From: an uncultured Acidimicrobiaceae bacterium
Lineage (GTDB): Bacteria > Actinomycetota > Acidimicrobiia > Acidimicrobiales > Bog-793
Length of the DNA: 64,000 bases
Direction: 5' to 3'
Assembly: GCA_963801185.1 (NCBI GenBank)
Contig: CAWDDW010000003.1
Span: 412,893 to 476,892, forward strand
Shown: in pieces, positions 1-10,349 of the stretch
Numbering within the stretch: position 1 is the stretch's first letter
Layout: every line of letters starts with the position of its first letter
Program-made: the position numbers and the translations under genes
Notes under the pieces: generated by a model
What the model was told of the DNA's origin: nothing
Seen by the model: only the letters and a program-made list of their open reading frames with translations
Database searches by the model: none

Positions 1-588
1 GGCGATGGTCGCACCGGCGAGGTTGTCCGCCGTTCCGAATCGAACGATCCCGGTGATATCGAAAACCTGCGGAGGCCCCTCGAGCAGAATCCGGACATGG
101 TCACCTACGCGAAAGTGGTACTTCTGCGCGGTGCCTTCGTCGATGGCGACATCGTGCGGTGTCGTAGGCGCCACGCCCTCGGCCAGGTGCAGGGAGGACA
201 GCTGACGATTGGGGTCGAATGACACGCCGAGCGTTGGTGCGCCACCCGAGCTGATCACCTTGCCGTCCGGGGCGACCATCTCGGCGAACCCCTCTACGCC
301 GCCCGAGGCGTACGCCACCCCGGGCACCTTCCGCACGTTGGCGGCGATCGACTCGGGGATCGGTTTGGCGCCTTCGGACTGGTCACCGCCCTTGAACGCC
401 GGCTTGGCCCGGACGACGAAGTCGACGTGCTGGTAGACGTGCCCGAACAGAGTCGTGAACGTCTGGCGCAGAGTATCGGTCAGGACGAGCGTCCCCGAGA
501 CGAACGTCACCCCGAGCACGATCGCGAGCGCCGTGAGAGCAAGTCTCAGCTTGTGCGCCAACAACCCCTTCAAAGTGGCCCTGGCCAC
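1..588 (-). CDS. ABC transporter permease, FtsX/MacB-like, N-terminal part (gene runs off the left edge)
   Basis: Absent from the ORF track because there is no stop in the window. My minus-strand translation from GTG at 586-588 reads VARATLKGLLAHKLRLALTALAIVLGVTFVSGTLVLTDTLRQTF...AIDEGTAQKYHFRVGDHVRIL. This is the N-terminal TM helix plus extracytoplasmic domain typical of FtsX-type permeases. The start lies 1 nt after the stop of the ATPase gene upstream. Confidence 0.75.
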   Translation of the reverse strand, partial: MARATLKGLLAHKLRLALTALAIVLGVTFVSGTLVLTDTLRQTFTTLFGHVYQHVDFVVRAKPAFKGGDQSEGAKPIPESIAANVRKVPGVAYASGGVEGFAEMVAPDGKVISSGGAPTLGVSFDPNRQLSSLHLAEGVAPTTPHDVAIDEGTAQKYHFRVGDHVRILLEGPPQVFDITGIVRFGTADNLAGATIA

Positions 589-589
589 G

Positions 590-1360
590 TCAACCGGCCA
601 GCATCTTCGTGTGCTCGAGCACGGACTCCGCCGTAGGTGACACGAGCTCCCCGACCACCTTGCCGTCTCCGAGGAACACCACCCTGTCGGCGTACGCCGC
701 TCCGCGAGGGTCGTGGGTGACCATGACGATCGACTGGCCGAACTCGGTGACGGACCAGCGCAGGAAGGCAAGCAGCTCAGCCGAGGAGTTCGAGTCGAGG
801 TTTCCGGTGGGCTCGTCGGCAAAGATCAAGTCAGGACGCCCGATCAGTGCCCGCGCACAGGCGACGCGCTGCTGCTGGCCCCCGGACAGCTCATTCGGCC
901 GGTGCGACAGGCGGTCACCTATGCCCAGTTGCTCTATGAGGTAGTCGAACCACCCCTGGTCCACCTTCCCCCCGGCGAGGTCGGCTGGGAGCTTGATGTT
1001 CTCGCCCGCGGTCAGCGTCGGAACGAGGTTGAAGGACTGGAAGACAAAGCCGACCCGATCCCGTCGCATCTCCGTCAACCCGCTGTCGTCGAGCGCGCCG
1101 ATCGCGAGATCGCCCACGAACACCTTTCCGGACGTGGGCGTGTCGAGTCCGGCCATGCAGTGCATGAGCGTCGACTTGCCGGAGCCCGACGGGCCCATGA
1201 CGGCCGTGAAACGGGCGCGGGCGAACTCCACGTCGATCCCGTCGAGAGCTCGCACGACGGCGTCACCCTTGCCGTAGATCTTGACAAGGTCGACTGCTCG
1301 GGCGGCTGGGCTGGCAACCGGAGAGGGTGAACCGGGCTGCACGTTGTCGGTAATCGTCAT
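590..1360 (-). CDS. ABC transporter ATP-binding protein (MacB/LolD-like)
   Basis: Walker A is GPSGSGKST, the ABC signature is LSGGQQQRVACARAL, and Walker B is LIFADEPTGNLD. The H-loop is VMVTHD. Confidence 0.95.
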   Translation of the reverse strand: MTITDNVQPGSPSPVASPAARAVDLVKIYGKGDAVVRALDGIDVEFARARFTAVMGPSGSGKSTLMHCMAGLDTPTSGKVFVGDLAIGALDDSGLTEMRRDRVGFVFQSFNLVPTLTAGENIKLPADLAGGKVDQGWFDYLIEQLGIGDRLSHRPNELSGGQQQRVACARALIGRPDLIFADEPTGNLDSNSSAELLAFLRWSVTEFGQSIVMVTHDPRGAAYADRVVFLGDGKVVGELVSPTAESVLEHTKMLAG

Positions 1361-1569
1361 CGCGGTGCGCCTTTCGGGGTCACGGCGGCGTGAAGAGAGG
1401 CAAAGTGCATGCTCAGATCATTCCCCAAGTCGTGTCGCCAGCGGAATCGGGGATGACCCCGATTGAACCCTGACGCCGCGACCGCGAAGCCGGCGACAGC
1501 AGCGATCAGCTCGGACAGCATGAAAAGCTGGGCGGTACGTACTGGGGTCAGGTGGCTACAAGGCTGCAC
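1357..1569 (-). CDS. possible small membrane protein preceding the ABC genes (weak call)
   Basis: A 70-codon ORF whose stop overlaps the ATPase start by 4 nt. It has one hydrophobic stretch, LSELIAAVAGFAVAASGF. I recognise no family, and it may be noise in GC-rich DNA. Confidence 0.25.
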   Translation of the reverse strand: MQPCSHLTPVRTAQLFMLSELIAAVAGFAVAASGFNRGHPRFRWRHDLGNDLSMHFASLHAAVTPKGAPR

Positions 1570-1675
1570 ACCTGTCTGTTGACGGTACTCTCGCTGTGCC
1601 CGTCAGAGCCGGCGCGGTGACCACCTGGACAGGCCTGTCGAGCAGTGCCGTGCAAGGCGTGGGGGAGGTCGCCCG

Positions 1676-4600
1676 ATGTTCACTCAAGTGGTCGTCGTCA
1701 ATCGAGGCGAGCCCGCAGTCCGGCTGACCCGGGCGGTTCGGGAGCTGAACGAGCAGCGCGGTTGCGACATCCGAGTGATCGCCCTTCACACCCACGCCGA
1801 GCGGCGGGCGCGGTTCGTCCGGGCGGCAGACGAGGCGGTGTGCCTCCGAGATGTCGCTACCGCGGGGGGCGCCTACCTCGACCACGCGGAAGCTGAGCGG
1901 GCAATCCGGTTGAGCCGCGCTGATGCCGTGTGGGTCGGATGGGGGTTTGTGGCGGAGGACCCCGCGTTCGCCGAGCTGTGCGACAGGCTCGGCGCGGTGT
2001 TCATCGGTCCTCCTCCGCAGGCGATGCGCAGGCTGGGCGACAAGATCGAGGCCAAGCTCCTGGCTGAGCAGACCGGCGTCCCGGTGGCCCCCTGGAGCAG
2101 AGGCCCGGTTCACACTCTTGCAGAGGCAGCCAGACACGCCGGCTCGATCGGGTACCCGCTCATGATCAAGGCCAGGAGCGGTGGCGGGGGCCGAGGTATC
2201 CGCGTCGTCAACTCGGCGATCGAACTCGAGACCGCGCTCGAGCGCACGCAGGCCGAGGCATCGCGTACCTTCGGTGACCCGGTCGTCTTCCTCGAGCGAC
2301 TCGTTGTCGGCGGCCGGCATGTCGAGGTCCAGGTCATCGCAGACAACCACGGCACCGTGTGGGCGCCCGGAGTCCGCGACTGCTCGAAATTCAGCGCCGC
2401 AATCAGAAGCTGATCGAGGAGTCGAGTTCCCCGGCACTCGACGCCGAACAGGAGGCCGCACTCCGCGCTGCCGCCATCGCCCTCGTCCGGGTCGCCGACT
2501 ACCGCGGGGCAGGGACCGTCGAGTTCCTGTACCAGCCGGTCGAGAGGACCTTCACCTTCTTGGAGGTGAACACCCGGCTGCAGGTCGAGCACCCGGTCAC
2601 CGAGGTGACCACCGGGCTCGACTTGGTCAAGTTGCAGTTGCTCGTCGCCGCCGGCGAGACGCTCGTCGGGGACGTACCGCCGCAGATCGGACACGCTATC
2701 GAGGCGCGGCTCAACGCCGAGGATGCTGATCGAGGATTCTCCCCCGCCCCGGGAACGGTGGAGCTTCTCCACCTGCCGTCCGGCCCGGGCATACACGTCG
2801 ACACCGGGATCGCCACAGGTGACACGATCCCACCTGGATACGACTCGATGGTCGCCAAGGTCATCGCGTGGGGGCAGGATCGACCTGAAGCGCTGGCGCG
2901 GCTGCGTTGCGCCCTACGCGAGACGACGATCGTGATCCGGGGCGGCACGACCACCAAGTCGTTCTTGCTGGACCTGCTCGCCCGTCCCGAGATCCTGTCC
3001 GGCGAGTGGGACACGGGCTGGCTGGACCGCGTCGAGATCTCCACTTCCCCATCGGGGGCTGAGCACGCAGACGTGGCTCTGCTCAGCGCTGCCATCGACG
3101 CGTACGACGCAGAGGAGGCACTCGAGCGAGATAACTTCCTGGCCTCCGCCCGCGGGGGTCGACCGAGGGCGAGCCACGCCGTCGGGCGCAAGGTCGAGCT
3201 CGGCTACCAGTCACACGCCTATCGCCTAGAAGTGGCCCAGGTGAGTCCCCGCCGATACCGGCTGGAGGCGGAGGGGGGATTCATCGACGCCGACGTGGAC
3301 CGCCTGAGCTCCTTCGAATGCCGGCTCGGGGTCGGCGGAACACCCTTCCACGTCGTATCGGTGTCCGGCGCCGGCGATCACCTGGTCGAGGTCGACGGCG
3401 TCACTCACCGGATCGAAAGGGACGAGACCGGAATGGTTCGCTCACCGGCGCCGGCGGTTGTGGTGGCGATCCACGTCGCCGTCGGCGATGACGTCGAAGC
3501 CGGAGCAGCGATCGCTGTGCTCGAAAGCATGAAGATGGAGACGGTCGTGCGGGCTCCGCGCCCTGGAAGGGTGCGAGAGATCCTTGCAGCAGTCAACTCC
3601 CAAGTCGATGCAGGAGCCCCGCTACTGCGGCTCGACCGCCCGGTCGACCAAGCCGAGACCACCGCTTCGGACTCGGCGACGGTCAGCTTCTCAGCACAGA
3701 TGACAGGCGACACAGCGAACACGCCGACGCGGGCGCACGATGACCTCGACGTGTTGCGGGCCATGATCACCGGCTACGACGTGAGCTTCGAGGCGGGCGC
3801 GTGATCTGGTCGAGGAATACACAGAGCTGCGCCGCGGGCCCGCCCACGACGACGCCGAGCTGAGGCGCGACGAGCTCACGCTGCTCACCACGTTCGCCGA
3901 CCTGTGCGAGCTCTCTCGCAATCGACCCACCATCGAAGAGGAAGATCCCGACCTGCGTGCCCACAGCCCGCGGGAGTACTTCCACACCTACTTGCACTCA
4001 CTCGACGTCGAGCAGGAGGTCCTGCCGGCGGCGTTCCGGACGAGGCTGTCTCGAGCCCTTCGACACTACGGCGTGTCAGATCTCGGACCGAGCCCGGAGC
4101 TCGAGGAGGCGGTATACAGGGTCTTCCTCGCCCAGCAAGGGGCGGCCGATCAGATCCCGATAGTCACCGCCCTCCTCGAGCAGTGGCTTCTCGAGGAGGA
4201 GGTGCCGGCAGATGATGGCGGCGCCGAGATCGGAGAAGTTCTCGACAGGCTGATCGTCGCAACGCAGCTGCGCTACCCGGCTGTGGGCGACCTTGCCCGC
4301 AGCATCCGCTTCCGTCTCTTCGACCAACCCCTCATCGTCCAGGCTCGGGAACAGGTCTACCGGGGGGTCCCGCGCATCTTCGTTACCTGGACGAGCATCC
4401 GGACGCAGCCGACTACGCCGAACGGATCGAGATCTTGGCCGCAAGCCCCGAGCCGTTGATCCGGCTGCTGGCCCAGCGCATCGGAGTCAACAGCTCCGGG
4501 TCGGAACCGATGCTCGAAGTCATCACACGCCGCTACTACAAGGTGCGCGTGCTGGAGGACGTCGCCTCCTTCCGGCTCGAGGATCGACAGTTCGTGACGG

Positions 4601-7173
4601 GTTCGTTCGAGCTGAGCGGCAAACAGCTCCACCTCATCTCGGCAATGGGCGACCTCTCGGAACTGCGCTCCGTCCTCCTCAGCGTCGCCGGCTTGGCCGC
4701 CGGGGTCACCGATCCGACGAACCTCGTCGTCGACCTCTACCTCTCCTCGAGCGAGCGCTCCACCGACCCGGACTCGGTCGCAGCGGCCCTACGGGAGACG
4801 ATCTCCGGCGTCCCGGTTCTCGTCACGGGCCGACGCGTGACGGTCACGGTGTGCGATCCCGGCGGGGCCGAGGTAGAGGAGTACACGTTCCGACCATCCC
4901 GAGGGCGCATGGAAGAAGAGCGCGTCATCCGCGGGATGCATCCGTTGATCGGCCAGCGCCTCGACCTCTGGCGGTTGAAGAACTTCGTAGGCACTCGGCT
5001 TCCCTCGACCGAGGACACCTACCTGTTCCACTGCGTAGCGCCCGACAACCCCGACGATCAGCGCCTCGTGGCACTGGCAGAAGTCCGTGACGTCACACCA
5101 TGGCGGGACGCGTCCGGCCGCGTGGTCACATTCCCCGTCGTCGAACGCACGCTCGCTGCCTGCCTCGAGAGCATCCGCGCCAACCTGGCCGAGCGCGGGG
5201 CCGAAGGCCGGCTCGACGCCAACCGCATCTTCCTTTACGTGTGGCCTCCGATCGACGTTCCCCTCGATGAGCTGTACGGTTTCGCCCGGGCCGTGGCACC
5301 CCTGACGGCCGGTGCCGGGCTGGAGCAGATCATGGTGCTTGCTCGGCTCCGGGACGAAGAGGGCGCAGAGCCTCGCGAGGCGGCGTTGCTCTTCTCCAAC
5401 CGGCCCGGGGCCGGTGTTGGCGTGACCGTGGTCGAGCCGCCGACAGAGCCGCTCGCACCGCTCGACGAGTACACCCAGAAGGTACGCCGCTCGAGCGCCC
5501 GGGGCGCCGTGTACCCCTATGAGATGATCCCGCTTCTCACCGGCGACGGGGGCTCTTTCACCGAGCACGACGTCGATGAGGCCGGGCGGCTCGTGCCCGT
5601 CGACCGACCTGCGGGACACAATCGGACGGGGATAGTCGCCGGCCTCGTGTCGACACCCTCTGCCAGCCACCCCGAAGGGATGGTGCGCGTCGCTCTCTTC
5701 GGTGATCCGACCAAGGCGCTCGGTACCGTCGCCGAACCAGAGTGCGCGTTGGTCATCGCCGCACTCGACCTCGCCGAGGAGATGGCGGTGCCGGTCGAGT
5801 GGTTCGCGCTGTCCTCGGGAGCCAAGATCTCGATGGACAGCGGCACAGAGAACATGGACTGGGTGGCACGCGCTCTACGGCGGCTGATCACCTTCACCCA
5901 GGCCGGCGGCGAGGTGAACGTGGTAGTGGCCGGGATCAACGTAGGGGCGCAGCCGTACTGGAACGCTGAGGCAACGATGCTGATGCACACCAGAGGGATC
6001 CTGATCATGACGCCCGACAGCGCGATGGTGCTGACCGGCAAGCACTCGCTTGACTACTCGGGAGGAGTGTCGGCCGAGGACAACTTCGGGATCGGTGGAT
6101 ATGACCGGGTGATGGGACCGAACGGGCAGGCGCAGTACTGGGCACCGAACCTGACCGCGGCCTGCAGCACACTGCTCACCCACTACGAGCACACCTACAT
6201 CGCGCCGGGAGAACGCTCCGTGCGCCGAGCCGCCACGAGCGACCCCTCCGACCGCGATGTGCGCAGCTACCCACACGTCCATCCGGCCAGCGAGTTCACG
6301 ACGGTGGGGGACATCTTCTCCGACGAGGTGAACCGGGAGCGTAAGAGACCATTCGACATCCGCACCGTCATGCGAGCCGTGGTCGACCAGGACCACGAGG
6401 TCCTGGAGCGCTGGGCCGGAATGGCCAACGCCGACACGACGGTCGTCCTCGACGCCCACCTCGGTGGTTACCCTGTCGCGCTGATCGGCGTGGAGTCGAG
6501 GCCGATCCCTCGCCCGGGATGGTTCCCCGCCGACGGTCCAGACCAGTGGACCGCCGGCACGCTCTTCCCCCGGTCCTCGAAGAAGACCGCTCGAGCCATC
6601 AACGCAGCCAGCGGCAACCGGCCCCTCGTGGTGCTGGCGAACCTGTCAGGTTTCGACGGGTCTCCTGAGTCGCTGCGCAAGCTGCAGCTCGAGTACGGCG
6701 CCGAGATCGGCCGAGCCATCGTGAACTTCAAGGGGCCGATCGTCTTCTGCGTGATCTCGCGCTACCACGGGGGCGCCTTCGTCGTCTTCTCGGGCGTCCT
6801 CAACGACAACATGGAGATCATCGCTGTCGAAGGGTCGTTCGCCTCGGTGATAGGGGGCGCGCCGGCGGCGGCCGTCGTGTTCTCCCGGGACGTCGCGACG
6901 CGCACTTCCAACGATCCCCGGATCGCTCGCGCGGAAGCAGCGCTCGCAGGCGCCGACAGAGCCGAACGCCCGAAGCGGCGAGTCGAGATGGACGACCTGC
7001 GCGCGTTGGTGCGCTCCGAGAAGCTCGGCGAGGTGGCCGACGAGTTCGAACACGTCCACAACATCGAGCGGGCGCTGGCAGTCGGTTCCGTACAGGCGAT
7101 CATTCCCGCCCGCGAGCTCCGGCCCTACCTCATCAGTGCCATCGAGCGGGGTATCAACCGGACGTCTTCGTGA
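1676..7173 (+). pseudogene. single-chain multidomain acyl-CoA carboxylase (biotin carboxylase - BCCP - carboxyltransferase), reading frame broken three times as given
   Basis: There are four consecutive ORF pieces. They are 1676-2413 (frame 2), 2359-3804 (frame 1), about 3785-4459 (frame 2) and about 4360-7173 (frame 1).
- Piece 1 ends ...GVRDCS and piece 2 continues IQRRNQKLIEESSSPAL, which is the conserved biotin carboxylase RDCS(I/V)QRR(H/N)QK motif split in two.
- The biotinyl-lysine motif AVLESMKMETVV lies in piece 2.
- Piece 4 is a 900-aa carboxyltransferase.
- A GGAGG RBS lies 8 nt before the ATG at 1676.

The breaks are at about 2387 (AAA run), about 3795 and 4362-4367 (G6 run). Confidence 0.85.
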
Positions 7174-7904
7174 ACTCCCCGCGACCGCCGATCGTCCGCC
7201 GAGTGACGGCGTGGACCCTCGGAATCGCCGGGCTCATCTCCTACAACTGGTGGGTCCTGGTGCCGCTCAGGCCGGGCCTCCTTCGTTCGCCCAACGAGCT
7301 CTTCAGCGACCTCGAGGTGACTGGCCAACCCTTTGCCACAGCGATGCAGCATGCGGATCTCCTCTCCGGGCTTCTCCTCATCGGGGCATTCTTGGCGGCG
7401 GGGAGCCGGACCATCGTCGGCGCCCGGCGGGAGTGGTTCGCGATGGTGGTGTTCGCCGCCGCCGGAACGCTCGGAGGAGTATTCCCCGAAGTGTGCGCCG
7501 ACGGGATCAACCCTTCCTGCCTGAGCAGGGAGTGGAGATTCCAGCTCCCGCTCCACCAGTACCTTCACATCGCCGGCGGCATCCTCGAATTCGGCGGCAT
7601 TACGATCGCCCTGCTCTTTGCCTTCCGGCGGACGCGCAGCCAGCGGACTCTCAGCGCCGGTGTCTACCGGCAACTGGCGAGAGCCGCGTGGGTGGCGTAC
7701 CCGATCCTTGGGGCGGCTTACTTGACGGACAGGCTCGGCAGCATCCCTGAGGCACTCTTCTTCGTGGGCTTCACGGTGATGGTTCTGACCGAGCTTGCCG
7801 AACGAACGAGCGCTCTCGGCTCGAGTCCCGACACCGGCAGCAAAGGACGGGAGATCAGATCTCGGCGCCGGCCGCCTCGGGTCGCTCCTCTTCGTCGCCC
7901 GTGA
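7170..7904 (+). CDS. polytopic membrane protein, DUF998-like
   Basis: The GTG start overlaps the carboxylase TGA (GTGA at 7170-7173). There are about 6 hydrophobic helices. The N-terminal pattern ISYNWWVLVPL...SELFSDLEV...QPFA resembles DUF998 proteins. The 3' end overlaps the convergent gene by 50 nt. Confidence 0.5.
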   Translation: MNSPRPPIVRRVTAWTLGIAGLISYNWWVLVPLRPGLLRSPNELFSDLEVTGQPFATAMQHADLLSGLLLIGAFLAAGSRTIVGARREWFAMVVFAAAGTLGGVFPEVCADGINPSCLSREWRFQLPLHQYLHIAGGILEFGGITIALLFAFRRTRSQRTLSAGVYRQLARAAWVAYPILGAAYLTDRLGSIPEALFFVGFTVMVLTELAERTSALGSSPDTGSKGREIRSRRRPPRVAPLRRP

Positions 7905-10284
7905 CCGGAAGCCTGTCGAAGACCGGCGGCGGGTCACGCCAGAGAGGGCGGCCGCCTGCCGCTGCACCCGGGCCACCCTCGGCTGCAGCCTTGATCGCTC
8001 TCCACACGCGCTCTGGGGTGCACGGCATGGGAATGTGCCGAACTCCGAGGTGCGAGAGGGCGTCGACCACGGCGTTGTGGACCGAGGGAGTCGAGCCGAT
8101 CGTGCCCGATTCGCCGATTCCCTTGGCACCGAGCGGGTTCCTCGGGGTCGGCGTCTCGGTGTTGGCCGTCTCGAACGAACACAGCTCCGCCGCGCTCGGC
8201 ATGGAGTAGTCGGCGAGCGACGCCGTCAGCGGGTTCCCCATCTCGTCGTAGACGACCTCTTCGAAGAGGGCCTGGGCCATGCCCTGCGCGATCCCACCGT
8301 GCTGTTGGCCTGTGACGAGAAGCGGATTGAGCACTCTGCCGCAGTCGTCGACGGCTATATGACGAAGGGCGCGGACGCTCCCCGTCTCGGTGTCGACCTC
8401 GACGACCGAGACGTGAGCCCCGAAGGGGAAGGTCGCTCCCTCCTGCTCGAAATCCAACTCGGCCGCCAGCGGACTTCGATCGTCGTCGACCGGCGGGGGT
8501 CCGTCCGGCCGGCCGCGATAGGCGAGGTCCGCGAGCTCGGCCCACGACAACGCCGCGGACGGCACCCCGGCGACCCCAAGTCCTCGACCATCGTGCCAGA
8601 CGATGTCCTCGACGCTCGCCTCCAACTCGATCGCAGCAAGCTCTCTGGCCTGCTCGAGCACGGCCTCGGCGGCGGTGAAGACCGCACTCCCGCCGATCTG
8701 CAACGACCGCGAGCCGCCGGTCCCGCCACCACGCGGCACTACGGCGGTGTCGGACTGGACGAAGGAGATCTCGTCCATCGGTATCCCGAGGGTGTCCGAG
8801 ACGATCATGGAAAAGGCGGTGGCGTGGCCCTGACCATGCCCCGAGGTGCCGACCCTGATCGTGGCCGTGCCGTCGCGGTGCACCTCCACGGCGCCGTACT
8901 CCCCGCCGCCGCCTGCGGTTATCTCGACGTAGACGCTGACCCCGATCCCGAGCTGGAGGCGGCCGCCTGCCACCCGTCGGTCGGCCTGCTCCTTCCGCAG
9001 GCTCTCGTAGTCGGCGAGCCTCAGCACCTCGTCGAGCGCCGCGCCGTAGTCACCGCAGTCATACGTCGTGCCCATCACGGTTTGAAGGGGCTCGGAGAAG
9101 GCCGGCAGCAGGTTCCGGCGGCGGAGCTCGACCGGGTCGATGCCGAGCTCCGCAGCTGCGATGTCCATCGTCCTCTCGAGGAGCTCGGCGGCTTCGGGAC
9201 GGCCCGCCCCCCTGAATGCCCCCATCGGCGTGGTGTTCGTGACCGCGACGGCCACGTCGAAACGGATCGCCGGGATCGCGTACACGCCCTGAGCCATCAT
9301 GCGAGTCGGCCCGAGGGCGAGCGCCCCGCCGAAACCCGCGTACGCCCCGGAATCCGCGATGATCCGGCAGTGCATCCCGGTGATGCGGCCCTCACCGTCG
9401 AAGCCCATCTCGACCCACTGGACCTGACCCCGCCCGTGCGGCATGCCGACCATGTTCTCCGACCTGTCCTGCACCCAGCTCACCGGCCGCCCGAGTCTGA
9501 GCGCAGCAGCGACGACCGCAGCATGTTCGGCCCCGATCCCCGCCTTGCCGCCGAAGGCGCCGCCGACGTGCGGGGCGACGACGCGGAGAGTTGCCCTGTC
9601 CAAGCCGAGGTTACGGGCGAGGGATGACGCGAACCCGTGCGGCATCTGGGTGGACACGTAAACGGTGAGGAGATGGCCGGCTCCGTCGTCACCCGGCACC
9701 GCCGCGATCGCATCTCCCTCCATGGGCACAACTGCGACCCGCTGGTTCTCGAGCTGGGCGCGGACGACCGTCACCGCTCTGGCGAGCGGGTCAGGAAGCG
9801 GGGGATCAGCCGTTCCCGCAACGAGGTTCGTGCCCAGCTCCTCGAACTGGAGGGGTGCGCCGTCCGCAAGAGCGGCCTCGGAGTCCACCACAGCTTCGAG
9901 CGGGTCGTAGTCGACCTGTACGAGCTCTGCCGCGTCGACAGCAGCGGCCTCTGTCTCGGCGATGACGATGGCAACCGCCTCGCCCACGAAACGGACCTTT
10001 CCGTCTGCGAGCGGCGGCCGTGCACACGCACGATTGAGGACCATGAACCCGTGAAAGGGCGCGACGCCGAGGTCGCCGGCGGTGAACACGGCCAGCACTC
10101 CGGGAGCGCTCCGGGCGGCCTCGCAGTCGACCGAGCGGACAACGGCATGGGCAAAGGGCGAGCGCACGAACGCCGCCCGAGCAAGGCCCTCAATGCTCAA
10201 GTCGCCGACGAAGGTGCTGTGCCCGGTCAGAAGGGCCGGGTCCTCCACGCGGCGCACGCTGTTTCCGAGAAGTGAGCCTGGCAC
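7855..10284 (-). CDS. xanthine dehydrogenase / aldehyde oxidase / CoxL-like molybdopterin-binding large subunit
   Basis: An intact 809-aa ORF. The N-terminus SVRRVEDPALLTGHSTFVGDL is typical of the family. The active-site loop reads PMGAFRGAGRPEA, which is the form-II-like AYRGAGR type rather than the form-I AYXCSFR type. Confidence 0.9.
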   Translation of the reverse strand: MPGSLLGNSVRRVEDPALLTGHSTFVGDLSIEGLARAAFVRSPFAHAVVRSVDCEAARSAPGVLAVFTAGDLGVAPFHGFMVLNRACARPPLADGKVRFVGEAVAIVIAETEAAAVDAAELVQVDYDPLEAVVDSEAALADGAPLQFEELGTNLVAGTADPPLPDPLARAVTVVRAQLENQRVAVVPMEGDAIAAVPGDDGAGHLLTVYVSTQMPHGFASSLARNLGLDRATLRVVAPHVGGAFGGKAGIGAEHAAVVAAALRLGRPVSWVQDRSENMVGMPHGRGQVQWVEMGFDGEGRITGMHCRIIADSGAYAGFGGALALGPTRMMAQGVYAIPAIRFDVAVAVTNTTPMGAFRGAGRPEAAELLERTMDIAAAELGIDPVELRRRNLLPAFSEPLQTVMGTTYDCGDYGAALDEVLRLADYESLRKEQADRRVAGGRLQLGIGVSVYVEITAGGGGEYGAVEVHRDGTATIRVGTSGHGQGHATAFSMIVSDTLGIPMDEISFVQSDTAVVPRGGGTGGSRSLQIGGSAVFTAAEAVLEQARELAAIELEASVEDIVWHDGRGLGVAGVPSAALSWAELADLAYRGRPDGPPPVDDDRSPLAAELDFEQEGATFPFGAHVSVVEVDTETGSVRALRHIAVDDCGRVLNPLLVTGQQHGGIAQGMAQALFEEVVYDEMGNPLTASLADYSMPSAAELCSFETANTETPTPRNPLGAKGIGESGTIGSTPSVHNAVVDALSHLGVRHIPMPCTPERVWRAIKAAAEGGPGAAAGGRPLWRDPPPVFDRLPVTGDEEERPEAAGAEI

Positions 10285-10349
10285 GGTCGTAACCTACAGG
10301 GGCAGCCAGCAAGGACGCGTCGCGCACCCGGCTCGCCGGTAGGGATGAG

